The notes: a model not told the origin generated them from the letters alone. A stretch of 64,000 nucleotides of DNA from Candidatus Levyibacteriota bacterium (GCA_036788695.1 DAIQMY010000001.1:313773-377772); one strand, 5' to 3'; shown: positions 1-9,915, counted from the first letter of the stretch. Program-made: numbers and translations.

Positions 1-528
1 AATGCAATTAAGGGAGGAGCAATTCCTGCAGAATTCTGTACCTCAATAGAAAAAGGCGTTAAAGAAACTCTGGAAAATGGGCTTTTATTGGGGTATCCAG
101 TGGTTGACTTAAAGGTTACGCTATATGATGGGTCATATCATGATGTTGACTCGTCTGACATGGCATTTAAGATTGCTGGATCTATGGCGCTTCAGGATGC
201 AGCTAAAAAAGGTCAGTTATCCCTTTTGGAGCCTATTATGAAGATAGAGGTAACCACTCCTGAAGAGTTTATGGGGGATGTGATAGGTGATCTTTCATCA
301 AAGCGTGCGCAGATTACAGGAACTGAAGAGCGTGGAAATGCGCGTATTATTCATGGAGAGGTTCCCTTAGAAGAGCTTTCAGGGTATGCTACTACAATTC
401 GTTCTATGTCTCAGGGGCGCGCAACATATTATATGGAGCCATCTCATTACCAAGAAGTTCCTCGAAACATTGTTGACGCAATGTTGGCAAAGACCACATT
501 TACAGGACGTGTATCTGCGCAATCATAA
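1..528 (+). CDS. fusA: Elongation factor G, C-terminal part (5' end lies outside the window)
   Basis: Frame 1 reads through from position 1 (NAIKGGAIPAEF...GYPVVDLKVTLYDGSYHDVDSSDMAFKIAGSMA), matching the EF-G domain IV/V consensus. Stop at 526-528. Confidence 0.9.
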   Translation, partial: NAIKGGAIPAEFCTSIEKGVKETLENGLLLGYPVVDLKVTLYDGSYHDVDSSDMAFKIAGSMALQDAAKKGQLSLLEPIMKIEVTTPEEFMGDVIGDLSSKRAQITGTEERGNARIIHGEVPLEELSGYATTIRSMSQGRATYYMEPSHYQEVPRNIVDAMLAKTTFTGRVSAQS

Positions 529-575
529 ACTTCTTGAAAACTCAAGAATATAGTGTTACTATTATTCAATAAATT

Positions 576-1022
576 ATGGCTGATAATTCTCAAATTCCCC
601 AATTTGACAAATCCCAATTCAATAATGATGGTTATGTAAAACGCGTTGAAAAGCCATGGGGATATGAATTGCATTTTGTGCGGGAGGGTATGCCATATAT
701 GGGTAAGTTAATGCATATTAATGCAGGATGCAGGCAGTCTATGCAGCTTCACGATGCTAAGCAAGAAACGTATCTTGTGACATCTGGCAAAGCCAAGGTA
801 CTTTGGGAAAACAGTAAGGGAGAATTAATTGAGACAGAGCTTGTGCCAAATATAGGATTTACGACTCTTCTGGGGCAAAGACACAGGCTTTGTGGTATAA
901 GTGATTGCGATATTCTTGAATTTTCAACACCAGAAAAGGGTACTACATGGAGGCTTGAGGATGATTATAGTAGACCAGATGAAACACCCGAGCAAAGAAA
1001 GAAAGAAAGGGGAGAAAAATAG
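576..1022 (+). CDS. Cupin-domain protein (mannose-6-phosphate isomerase-like cupin)
   Basis: KPWGYELHF...G.YMGKLMHINAG motif typical of the cupin_2 fold. Sits next to the SIS isomerase gene. Confidence 0.55.
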   Translation: MADNSQIPQFDKSQFNNDGYVKRVEKPWGYELHFVREGMPYMGKLMHINAGCRQSMQLHDAKQETYLVTSGKAKVLWENSKGELIETELVPNIGFTTLLGQRHRLCGISDCDILEFSTPEKGTTWRLEDDYSRPDETPEQRKKERGEK

Positions 1023-1031
1023 AAGATATTT

Positions 1032-2075
1032 ATGGTTGACTTTACAAACATAGACGAAGTAAAAAGACTTGATCCTCAGGACACCTTGCGTTCTACGCAA
1101 TTACTTCCAGAACAATTAGAGGCTGCATGGGATGAGGTGAGGCAGATTCAAGTTCCTCAAGGGTACAATAACGTTTCAAACATTATTTTTTGTGGTATGG
1201 GAGCATCCATATATGGAGCACTCGTTGTAAAAGCACTTTTTGGTTCTGACTTTTCGTATCCAATAGAAATGGTATCAGACTATCATCTCCCAAAGTATGT
1301 AAATAATAATTCGCTTGTTGTTCTAACGAGCTATTCAGGTACAACTGAAGAAGTCTTATCTTGCGCGCATGAAGCACGTGAAAAAGGGGCGAAGATGTTA
1401 ATCCTCACAAAAGGTGGTCAATTGGCAGAGTTTGCGAAACAAGAAAACGTACCCTCATACATATTTAATGGAGCGTTAAATCCTGCTGGTGTTCCAAGGC
1501 TTGGTAATGGGTACACAATAATTGGGCTAATGGGTCTTTTGCATAATGCAGGAATAATTACATTAGATGAGGGCTTATTGAAGGGGGGGATTGAACATAT
1601 TAGGAAAAATAAAGACGCGATTGTTGAACGAGCCATGCATGATGCGCATAGTATGGTAGGTAAAATTCCAGTTATTTTTGCGGCAGAACATTTATCAGGA
1701 AATGCCCAGATATTAAGAAATCAATTTAATGAAACAAGTAAAACTTTTTCTGCCTATTACTTAATCCCTGATCTAAATCATCATCTCATGGAGGGTTTAC
1801 AGTTCCCATCCCCTAGTAATTTAAAGTTTATGATATTTGATTCTCATGCATATTCTCCAAAAATTCAAAAAAGAGTAGAGCTGACTTTAGATGTTGTTCG
1901 TCAAAATAATCACACAATACTTGAGTATATTACTCGCGGAACCGACAAGTATCAGGATTTTCTTGAAGTATTATCTCTTGGTTCATACACTACTTTATAT
2001 TTGGGGCTTTTATATGAACAAAATCCTGCAATAAACCCTTGGGTTGACTACTTTAAAGAAAAATTAGCAGCATAG
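1032..2075 (+). CDS. SIS-domain bifunctional phosphoglucose/phosphomannose isomerase (archaeal/CPR type)
   Basis: 347 aa. SIS-type nucleotide/sugar-phosphate binding region (IIFCGMGASIYGA...VLTSYSGTTEE). Length and layout fit the PGI/PMI family. Confidence 0.6.
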   Translation: MVDFTNIDEVKRLDPQDTLRSTQLLPEQLEAAWDEVRQIQVPQGYNNVSNIIFCGMGASIYGALVVKALFGSDFSYPIEMVSDYHLPKYVNNNSLVVLTSYSGTTEEVLSCAHEAREKGAKMLILTKGGQLAEFAKQENVPSYIFNGALNPAGVPRLGNGYTIIGLMGLLHNAGIITLDEGLLKGGIEHIRKNKDAIVERAMHDAHSMVGKIPVIFAAEHLSGNAQILRNQFNETSKTFSAYYLIPDLNHHLMEGLQFPSPSNLKFMIFDSHAYSPKIQKRVELTLDVVRQNNHTILEYITRGTDKYQDFLEVLSLGSYTTLYLGLLYEQNPAINPWVDYFKEKLAA

Positions 2076-2083
2076 ACAGATAT

Positions 2084-2410
2084 ATGAGGTTCTCTCCTAC
2101 CCTTTTTTTGGTTCTACAATTTTTTATTCTTTTTCCCTCAGTACTTTTTATCTTAGGTATATTTTTTACATTTTTTGCAAAAGATGCAACAGTATATAAC
2201 CTTGTAATTTCAAAAAATATTTTACAAAACATAGGTGTTTTGATTATTTCTCCTCTAGCTTCTGGATTTGTTGCTTATCACTATTTAGAGAGGTATCGAC
2301 CGGAGGGATTTGTAGAACTGGTATCAAAATATCTGTTGGGATATACAATAATAGTTTTAGGTTCTACCATTATTTTTCTATTCTTGAAATTTTTTTCTAG
2401 CCTTTCTTGA
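2084..2410 (+). CDS. Small polytopic membrane protein, hypothetical
   Basis: 108 aa with 3-4 hydrophobic helices. No recognisable motif. Confidence 0.4.
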   Translation: MRFSPTLFLVLQFFILFPSVLFILGIFFTFFAKDATVYNLVISKNILQNIGVLIISPLASGFVAYHYLERYRPEGFVELVSKYLLGYTIIVLGSTIIFLFLKFFSSLS

Positions 2411-2441
2411 TTAACCTACACCAATCACATACAATATCGAC

Positions 2442-3410
2442 ATGATAGTTATTAGGGACGCGCAGATGAAGGATTATTTGTGGTACAAAATTGGTGGAAG
2501 CGCTCGTTATCTGCTGCAATGCTTTTCTGAAGAAGACATAGTTGAAGCTTTTGAGTTTATAAAAAAAGAAAAAATTGAGACCTATTTTATAGTAGGTATG
2601 GGCTCAAATCTTCTTTTCACTGATGGATACTTTGACGGTGTAGTTATACAAATAGTAATAGATACGCAAGGCTCGGGAATTACTCTCTTAGATAAAGAAA
2701 CAATACAGGCATTTTCTGGGGTGGAGCTCGACTCTGTAATTCAGTTTGCTTTTGAGAATAACCTATTGGGATTGGAGTGGGCGGGTGGATTACCTGGTAC
2801 TGTCGGAGCAGCGATTAGGGGAAATGTTGGAGCATTTGGAGGTGAATTTAAAGACTGTTTTAAGGCAGCGCGTGTTCTAGTTTACAATAAGAGAACATAT
2901 AAAGTTTTAGAGTTAAATAAGCGGGATATAAAATTTGCGTATAGGACAAGCACAATAAAAAAACAGAAAAATATGATTGTGCTTTCTGCCACATTTAAAC
3001 TTAAAAAAGTTGATGATAAAAAGTTAGGATGGGGGAAGCAAACATATTTTGCAAATATAGAGTACCGAAAGAGTAAGCATCCAATGGATTTTCCCTCAAC
3101 AGGATCTGCATTTAAGAACATAAACAACCCAGAGAACATAGAAAAAATACTAACTGTTTTTCCTGATATTGAATCTGATGTGAGAATCAAATGGCATGGG
3201 AAGGTGAGTATGGGATATCTCAATAAGCGTCTTGAGCTTTCGGGCTTACAAATCGGTCAGGCTCATATCTCAAATAAACATAGTAATTTCATTGTGAATT
3301 TAGGAGGTGCGACTGCGTTAGATGTTCTATCTGTAATAAAAAAGGTGCAGGAAACATTCCAAGAAACATTTGGATTTATTCCTGAGCTTGAAGTAGAGAT
3401 AGTATCGTAA
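2442..3410 (+). CDS. murB: UDP-N-acetylenolpyruvoylglucosamine reductase
   Basis: FAD-binding PCMH-type N-terminal region (IGGSARYL...GMGSNLLF). C-terminal MurB region (GSAFKN...HSNFIVNLGGATA.DVL). Confidence 0.7.
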   Translation: MIVIRDAQMKDYLWYKIGGSARYLLQCFSEEDIVEAFEFIKKEKIETYFIVGMGSNLLFTDGYFDGVVIQIVIDTQGSGITLLDKETIQAFSGVELDSVIQFAFENNLLGLEWAGGLPGTVGAAIRGNVGAFGGEFKDCFKAARVLVYNKRTYKVLELNKRDIKFAYRTSTIKKQKNMIVLSATFKLKKVDDKKLGWGKQTYFANIEYRKSKHPMDFPSTGSAFKNINNPENIEKILTVFPDIESDVRIKWHGKVSMGYLNKRLELSGLQIGQAHISNKHSNFIVNLGGATALDVLSVIKKVQETFQETFGFIPELEVEIVS

Positions 3411-3443
3411 AAAACTTAAAAAGCCAACCTGAGCATATAATCT

Positions 3444-4247
3444 ATGAGTTCTAAAAAATATAAATTATTAATTTCAGACTATGATGGAACCCTTTCTGGT
3501 CCTGAGTTTGCTATTCCTGATAAGACAGCTCACGCGATTAAAAAATGGATGTCAACCGATCACTTATTCTCAATCGCTTCCGGAAGGCAGTACCTTATGC
3601 TTAAAAAAGACTGTACTTTGCTGGACTTGTCTACCCCACTCATTGTTAGGGGAGGTGCAGAGATTGTGGATCCAAAAAATGATAACATTATCTTTCAAGA
3701 GCAAATACCTAAAGAGACAGTTGCTGAAATTTTTAAAATTTTAAAAAAACACACTGATAAAATCGCGCTTGAAAAAGATGATACAATTTTTTCTTCCTTC
3801 AAATTCGCAGGCGATTTTCCTGAAGTAAAAAGAAAGAGTCTTGATGAGTTCACGATTACCTCCCTTCCTAAAATAGTGGCGAAGGCAGATCACAAGAAGA
3901 GTGGAGAGTTAGAGATAGTGATGGATAGCATAGTAAAAAAATTTCCAGAACTACACATAGTAAGAAGTTATACTCCCCTAGGATCTGGATATGATATAAC
4001 CTCTATTAAGGCAACAAAACATCTTGCCACTCTTGAATTGATAAAATTATTGGGATTATTCCCTGAAGATGTTATAGGGGTAGGAGATGGATATAATGAT
4101 TTTCCACTTCTTGAGGCATGTGGTTTAAAGGTTGCTATGGAAAATTCCCCGGATGAGCTGAAGGCTATTGCGGATATGGTAATTCCTGCGCAAAGAGAAG
4201 AAGGGGTGGCATTTCTTATCGAAAAACTCCTGAAAGAAGAAGGCTAA
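3444..4247 (+). CDS. HAD-superfamily hydrolase, Cof-like (subfamily IIB)
   Basis: Motif I LISDYDGTL. Motif IV GDGYNDFPLL. Confidence 0.7.
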   Translation: MSSKKYKLLISDYDGTLSGPEFAIPDKTAHAIKKWMSTDHLFSIASGRQYLMLKKDCTLLDLSTPLIVRGGAEIVDPKNDNIIFQEQIPKETVAEIFKILKKHTDKIALEKDDTIFSSFKFAGDFPEVKRKSLDEFTITSLPKIVAKADHKKSGELEIVMDSIVKKFPELHIVRSYTPLGSGYDITSIKATKHLATLELIKLLGLFPEDVIGVGDGYNDFPLLEACGLKVAMENSPDELKAIADMVIPAQREEGVAFLIEKLLKEEG

Positions 4248-4418
4248 AGAAGCCAGTGTATTAAAAAACTGTTTTTATAAAATAGTTCCCCAGGCGTAAA
4301 CAACTTAAAAAATTACCATATAGTATGTAATGATTCGCAAAATACACTTAGCTTTGTTGAATATTTTTAGAACTCTTGTAAACGCATCATAAGCTGCAAT
4401 CAGCTAGTATGATACAAT

Positions 4419-5489
4419 GTGTGCGTGCGAAAAATATTTTTACTTTTTAGTATACTTTTCTGTTTTTTTGTTTTATTTCTGTATCTTAAATCAACATTTC
4501 AAAAAAAAACTGTTCAACCAATTCGGGAGACTAGGACTGAAAAAATAGAAACAAGGGTTTCGCCGAAAGAAGAGTATTTATTCGTTCCTTACTGGACTAT
4601 AGATGAAGATATTTCATCTAGTGAGATGACATTAGTATATTTTGGGGTTTTGGGTGGGAAAAATGGGATTGAACAGAGTGATGAAGGATATAAAAACTTA
4701 TCAATGTTTGAAGAAAATAAAAATAGAAAAGACAGCATATTAGTTTTAAGAATGTTAAATACAGATACTAATTTAGATATATTAAAAGACAAAAAAATAC
4801 AGCAACGAATTATAGATGAGACAATAGTTCTTGCAAAGAAACACCACTTTTCAGGAATTATCTTGGACTTTGAAACGCAAGGATTGCCATTTAAAACTTT
4901 GCTTGAGAGCATTACGTCAATGCATGCGTTATTTGCAAAACAGACCCATTTATCAAGCCTTTCATTTGGTACATTACTATTTGGAGATACATTTTATAGA
5001 GTGCGTCCATATGATGTAGAAAAGATTGTGGAAGTGGTAGACCGCGCATATATAATGGCATACGACTTTAGTAAGGCCAAGGGTGACCCAGGTCCCAATT
5101 TTCCATTAAATGGGAAAAACACGTATGGATATGATTTTAAGATAATGGTTGAGGATTTTTTAGATGTTATACCTGGGCATAAGTTGACAATTATTTTTGG
5201 TATGTTTGGGTATGACTGGAAAATTGATGATAAAGGAAGAGGTCGAGAGCAAGCGATTTCTAAAAGTACAATTGCTTTTGAAAAATTTATGTCAACCTGC
5301 ATATCTAGTAGTACGTGTGATGCAAAAATGGATAGCCAATCAGCAGAAACTAACATAAAGTATATATCTGAGGACAAAGAGAATCATGTAATTTGGTTTG
5401 AAAATTCTGAATCTGTTATGAGAAAGAAAGCATTTCTTACTGACTTGGGTTTACGATCAGTTGGCTACTGGGCGTACTCATATTATTAG
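4419..5489 (+). CDS. Membrane-anchored GH18-like glycosyl hydrolase-fold protein (putative)
   Basis: N-terminal transmembrane anchor. GH18-like motifs GVLGG (SxGG-like), SGIILDFE (DxxDxDxE-like, retaining D and E) and IMAYDF (MxYD). Confidence 0.45.
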   Translation: MCVRKIFLLFSILFCFFVLFLYLKSTFQKKTVQPIRETRTEKIETRVSPKEEYLFVPYWTIDEDISSSEMTLVYFGVLGGKNGIEQSDEGYKNLSMFEENKNRKDSILVLRMLNTDTNLDILKDKKIQQRIIDETIVLAKKHHFSGIILDFETQGLPFKTLLESITSMHALFAKQTHLSSLSFGTLLFGDTFYRVRPYDVEKIVEVVDRAYIMAYDFSKAKGDPGPNFPLNGKNTYGYDFKIMVEDFLDVIPGHKLTIIFGMFGYDWKIDDKGRGREQAISKSTIAFEKFMSTCISSSTCDAKMDSQSAETNIKYISEDKENHVIWFENSESVMRKKAFLTDLGLRSVGYWAYSYY

Positions 5490-6060
5490 AAGCTTCTTTG
5501 CAAAAAATTGTTAATGGAGAAGTTCCCGTTAAAAGAGAAGAAGGAGTTTTTTGAGATCCCGCAAAACTTTTATTTAAAAAACGTATAACATGGGATCCGG
5601 TAGGAGTAGGTGAGTCAATGGTAAAAGTAAGTATTGCTACTTTGCTATTTCCTTTTTTTTCTGTGTTTTGTGCATTTAATTCCAGAGCGAGCGATGCTCT
5701 TCCATACTGTTCACGCGTTTCCTCAAGTAAAATTGAATAATCGGTACTTTCTCCAAAGAAATTTGGAGAATAGGGGGTAAGTCTCACGTTTTGAATCACT
5801 TCAGGGTTATATGACAATTCAATCTGTATGCTGTTTAGATAATTATTTTCAGACGAGACGTAGATAGGAACCTCATAAGAAGAATTTATACATGAGGATG
5901 TGATTGTATTCGGGTTGAAAAAAAGTATGGAAGACGGTGAATTGGAGCTAGATTCATTTTTTTGAGTAAGTGAGTTAAATGGTGATACATAAGACAATAA
6001 AAGAAATAGAAGAATTAGAACAAATATAGTTATTCCTAAAACAACGAGATATTTACTCAT
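5437..6060 (-). CDS. Membrane-anchored cohesin-like domain protein (putative)
   Basis: N-terminal TM helix, Ser-rich linker, then a ~110-aa beta-rich domain with a cohesin-like SYNPEVIQNV motif (compare cohesin SYDPNVLE). Its start lies 3 bp downstream of the stop of the dockerin-bearing protease gene. Confidence 0.4.
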   Translation of the reverse strand: MSKYLVVLGITIFVLILLFLLLSYVSPFNSLTQKNESSSNSPSSILFFNPNTITSSCINSSYEVPIYVSSENNYLNSIQIELSYNPEVIQNVRLTPYSPNFFGESTDYSILLEETREQYGRASLALELNAQNTEKKGNSKVAILTFTIDSPTPTGSHVIRFLNKSFAGSQKTPSSLLTGTSPLTIFCKEASNNMSTPSSQLIVNPSQ

Positions 6061-6063
6061 GAG

Positions 6064-8523
6064 TTAATCCCCGCCTCTTTCTCTTAGTTGTCTTAAGAAA
6101 ATATTCAAATCTTTTTCATCTATGTTTCCTTCATTATCAAAATCTGCAGTTATATGTATATCGTCGCAGATGTTGTTTATTATACAATTGACTAAGATGT
6201 TATAGTCTAGAATATCAAGCACGCCGTCTTTTACTAGGTCTCCAACAGTTAAGGCAGTAGTAGGAAGAGTTATATTATTTCCACTATCTTTTATAGTATA
6301 AAAACCTGGAATTGATTTTTTAAGCGTGGAAGACGCATCGGCGAAATTCACTCTCAGTTGGTATATTCCTGGAGGAATATTTAAAATCGGGATTTCCCCT
6401 GAAAACACACCGTTTTCATAGAGTAAGGGAGTTGTGATGGTTGAAGTAATTTCTCCATTCTTGTCAATAAATTCAATACTAGCAAATCTTACTTTACTGA
6501 TTGGGTCTGTGTTCCCTCCAGCCCCTATTCCAGGATGAATAAGTGATATTTTAATGGTTCCTTTGGATGAAGAAGATGTAGGTGTAGGGTTTGAGGGGGA
6601 GGGAGTACTTGCTACAGAAGTGATAGTGGGCGTAATAGCTGTAGTTGGGGTAGGATTTTGTGGTTGAGCTGTGGGGGTTGGGTTATTTGGCGAGTCTGTT
6701 GGAGTAGGATTTTGGTTATCAGGCATTAAAGAGTTTACTGCGCGTGCAAGATTTAATCGCGGACCAATAGGTCTATCAGTTGATATAGTATCTGCATTTG
6801 AAACTAATATGTTTTTTACTTCATCTGGTGATAGATTTGGGTTAATAGACAGCAGAAGTCCCGCAGCGCCTGCAACATGAGGGGTAGCCATAGATGTACC
6901 ATTGAGACTTTCGTATTGATTTTGTGGCCAGGTAGAAATAATTGATACACCCGGGGCGGAAATGTTGACAATCGAACCGTAGTTTGAAAAAGAGGCGCGT
7001 TGATCAGATTGCGTAGTTGCGCCTACTACAAATGTGCCATTACAGTTAGCAGGAGAACTTGTAGAAGCGTCGACTGGGATTCCTCCGGAAACTCCGTTTC
7101 CTGCTGCTACTATAACGCTTACATTAGCATTTCTCGCGTAGTCTACTGCTTCCTGAAATATACCACAAGGAGAATATCCACCCAAACTCATATTAATAAC
7201 TTTTGCTCCATTGTCTACAGCATAATGAATTGCCTGAATAATGATAGAGTCGTCTCCTTGACACTCACCGTTGTATTGTCCCATCGATTTAATTGCTAAT
7301 ATCTTTACATTCCAATTTACGCCTACAACTCCAATATTGTTATTGGTTAGGGCACCAATTGTGCCCGCTACATGTGTTCCATGTCCACATTCGTCCTGGG
7401 AGTCACTTGTTCCGTTAAAGAAATTATATCCATTTTCAATATGTCCAGATAAATCTTGGTGATTGTAATCAACCCCAGAATCAATAACTGCGACTTTAAT
7501 ATTATTATTTCCTTTTGCCTTGTTCCATGCACTAGGTCCTTGAATTTTTTCCATCCCCCACATTTGTGAAAAATATGGGTCGTTTGGAATCTCTGTTGTT
7601 TGTTTTATCCCGTTTTCAACTGCAAGTTCCACTGTTGGAAGTTTTTTATATTCATCTAGCGCGTTTTGTATTGATGTGTTTTTATCTAATGTTATGACTT
7701 GTGCATATTCTAGGGGTGTTTCATATTTCGTATTTTCCAGTAAGTTTTTTTCTTGGATAAAACTAACTTTCTCTTTGGTATCTGCATATAGCTCTTGTAG
7801 AACCATTGGATTTGGAGTTCTTGACATAGAATTTGCAGCATCCATTGCAGCTATTCTTGCCTGACCAAGTATAGGTTGAGAAGCAATTTTTGCTCTTTCT
7901 TGAAGATTTTCTGCCACGTTTGCAGGTGTTGTACCCTTTTTATACTGTACAATTATTTGCTGTTTTGAACGTTCGATTGGGCTTCTATCCGCTGACTGAA
8001 TAGTTTGAGTGGTTTTGATAGAGTTTGGTGCAGCATTTTTAACTTGAGGCAGCGCAAGAAATAGTTTAACAGCCTTTCTTACGTCAGACCCTTTTTTTAA
8101 GGTTACAAGATTAGTTGCTGACTGAGTTTTTTTTATAGGATATAAGTTTTTTTGAGATATGACCCCAGATTCCTCTTCAACCTTTGCTATCTGTTGTAAT
8201 TGATTAGTGTAGAAAGAAGTTCCTGGTATTTTGCCTGACAATTCCATAAAGAACATTTTAGTTTTATTTATAATTCCCTGAGAGTCTAGTTGTCGTTCTT
8301 TTAATGCAGCCTTGAGCTGTAAAGGGGAAAGTCCTGGTTGGTATACGACAATAATTTGAGAAGAATACTTTTCTAGCTGATTTTCAGCTACGGAATTTGG
8401 GGCAGCATAAGAAGAAGTACATACTGTTTTTAGCAGGAAAAAAAGTATAAGTAAAATAAGACCTCTTTTTAACACATATATATAGTAGCCTGCAAAAAAA
8501 AACTTCGCAATAGGAAAAAGCAT
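6064..8523 (-). CDS. Secreted subtilisin-like serine protease (S8) with duplicated N-terminal propeptide-like domains, Pro/Thr linker and C-terminal dockerin-like domain
   Basis: Signal/TM at N-terminus. Catalytic triad motifs VIDSGVD, HGTHVAGT, GTSMATPHVAG. PT-rich linker (NPTPTDSPNNPTPTAQPQNPTPT...). C-terminal DLVKDGVLDILDYNILV...DFDNEGNIDEKDLNIFL resembles a tandem dockerin calcium-binding repeat. Confidence 0.85.
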   Translation of the reverse strand: MLFPIAKFFFAGYYIYVLKRGLILLILFFLLKTVCTSSYAAPNSVAENQLEKYSSQIIVVYQPGLSPLQLKAALKERQLDSQGIINKTKMFFMELSGKIPGTSFYTNQLQQIAKVEEESGVISQKNLYPIKKTQSATNLVTLKKGSDVRKAVKLFLALPQVKNAAPNSIKTTQTIQSADRSPIERSKQQIIVQYKKGTTPANVAENLQERAKIASQPILGQARIAAMDAANSMSRTPNPMVLQELYADTKEKVSFIQEKNLLENTKYETPLEYAQVITLDKNTSIQNALDEYKKLPTVELAVENGIKQTTEIPNDPYFSQMWGMEKIQGPSAWNKAKGNNNIKVAVIDSGVDYNHQDLSGHIENGYNFFNGTSDSQDECGHGTHVAGTIGALTNNNIGVVGVNWNVKILAIKSMGQYNGECQGDDSIIIQAIHYAVDNGAKVINMSLGGYSPCGIFQEAVDYARNANVSVIVAAGNGVSGGIPVDASTSSPANCNGTFVVGATTQSDQRASFSNYGSIVNISAPGVSIISTWPQNQYESLNGTSMATPHVAGAAGLLLSINPNLSPDEVKNILVSNADTISTDRPIGPRLNLARAVNSLMPDNQNPTPTDSPNNPTPTAQPQNPTPTTAITPTITSVASTPSPSNPTPTSSSSKGTIKISLIHPGIGAGGNTDPISKVRFASIEFIDKNGEITSTITTPLLYENGVFSGEIPILNIPPGIYQLRVNFADASSTLKKSIPGFYTIKDSGNNITLPTTALTVGDLVKDGVLDILDYNILVNCIINNICDDIHITADFDNEGNIDEKDLNIFLRQLRERGGD

Positions 8524-8552
8524 AATAAGATCACTGTTTTTTAAAATACCCC

Positions 8553-8581
8553 TTGACGAGTTTTGAAAGATGTTGTATTAT
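8553..8581 (+). promoter_or_regulatory. Sigma-70-like promoter upstream of tuf
   Basis: TTGACG (8553-8558), 17-nt spacer, TATTAT (8576-8581). ~45 nt upstream of the tuf start. Confidence 0.5.
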
Positions 8582-8626
8582 ACTTTTTACACCTTAAAAA
8601 AGAGGTGATTTTTTTGATTTAAATAT

Positions 8627-9805
8627 ATGGCAACATTTCAACGAAACAAACCACACGTTAATATTGGAACTATCGGTCACGTCGACCATGGTAAAACTAC
8701 TTTAACTGCAGCTATTACCACTGTTTTGGCCAAAAAAGGAATGGCTGAAGCACGCAAATACGAAGATATAGATAATGCTCCAGAAGAGCGAGCAAGAGGT
8801 GTTACGATTAACATTTCTCATCAAGAATACGAAACAGAAAAACGTCACTACGCACACATTGATGCTCCAGGACACGCTGATTATATTAAAAACATGATTA
8901 CTGGTGCCGCACAAATGGATGGAGCAATCTTGGTAGTATCTGCTGCTGACGGTCCAATGCCTCAAACACGTGAACATATCCTTCTTGCGCGTCAGGTTGG
9001 AGTTCCGGCTCTTGTTGTTTTTCTTAATAAAGTAGATATGGTACAAGATCCAGAGCTTATTGATTTAGTTGAGATGGAAGTACGTGAACTTCTTTCAAAA
9101 TATCAATATCCAGGAGATGAGATTCCTATGGTTAAAGGATCAGCTCTTAAGGCAACTCAGGGAGATGCAGAAGCAGAAGCTCAAATAATGGAATTAATGG
9201 CAAAGGTTGATGAATATATTCCTACTCCAGAACGACCAACAGATAAGCCATTATTGATGCCTGTTGAGGACGTTTTTTCTATTAAAGGACGCGGAACAGT
9301 TGTTACAGGACGTATTGAGCGCGGAATTGTAAAAATTAACGATACAGTCGCAATTATAGGTATAAAACCTACAAAGGAAGTAGTTGTTACCGGAGTTGAG
9401 ATGTTTAGAAAACAACTAGACGAAGGACAAGCAGGAGACAATGTAGGTCTTTTACTTCGTGGAATTGAAAAGCAGGATGTAGAGCGCGGACAAGTAATAG
9501 CCAAGCCAGGAAGTATCACTCCACATACAAAATTTGAGGCTGAAGTTTATATTCTTACAAAGGAAGAAGGAGGAAGACACACTCCATTCTTCTCCGGGTA
9601 CAGACCACAATTTTATATCAGAACAACTGACGTTACTGGAGAAATCAAGCTTCAAGAAGGCGTTGAAATGGTTATGCCTGGAGATAACGCAAAAATGACT
9701 GCTGAGCTTATAGTCCCTGTAGCTATGGAAGACGGAATGAGATTTGCAATTCGCGAAGGTGGACGCACAGTTGGAGCAGGAGTTGTTACCAAAATCTTAG
9801 CTTAA
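8627..9805 (+). CDS. tuf: Elongation factor Tu
   Basis: [27 protein letters not shown] motifs. 392 aa. Confidence 0.97.
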   Translation: MATFQRNKPHVNIGTIGHVDHGKTTLTAAITTVLAKKGMAEARKYEDIDNAPEERARGVTINISHQEYETEKRHYAHIDAPGHADYIKNMITGAAQMDGAILVVSAADGPMPQTREHILLARQVGVPALVVFLNKVDMVQDPELIDLVEMEVRELLSKYQYPGDEIPMVKGSALKATQGDAEAEAQIMELMAKVDEYIPTPERPTDKPLLMPVEDVFSIKGRGTVVTGRIERGIVKINDTVAIIGIKPTKEVVVTGVEMFRKQLDEGQAGDNVGLLLRGIEKQDVERGQVIAKPGSITPHTKFEAEVYILTKEEGGRHTPFFSGYRPQFYIRTTDVTGEIKLQEGVEMVMPGDNAKMTAELIVPVAMEDGMRFAIREGGRTVGAGVVTKILA

Positions 9806-9873
9806 TAGCTTTTGATTATTTGCACATTTTACATTTAAATTTAGTCCGCCAAGTCGGCGGATGGTAACACAGA

Positions 9874-9899
9874 CCTCGCATCCAATGCGAGGTTTTTTT
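9874..9899 (+). terminator. Rho-independent terminator/attenuator between tuf and rpsJ
   Basis: 8-bp perfect stem CCTCGCAT/ATGCGAGG, loop CCA, followed by T7. A second hairpin (9845-9861) precedes it. Confidence 0.7.
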
Positions 9900-9915
9900 G
9901 TTTAAGGAGAAAAAA

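Noticed and set aside
9845-9861. First hairpin after tuf (TCCGCC-AAGTC-GGCGGA) as a separate terminator or tRNA fragment
   Set aside because: No U-tract follows and it is too short for a tRNA. The real terminator is the second hairpin (9874-9899).
9898-9915. ORF-track start of rpsJ at TTG 9898 (MFKEKKMPKG...)
   Set aside because: The TTG lies inside the terminator U-tract. A consensus AAGGAG SD precedes ATG 9916, and S10 orthologues begin MPKGRI-like.
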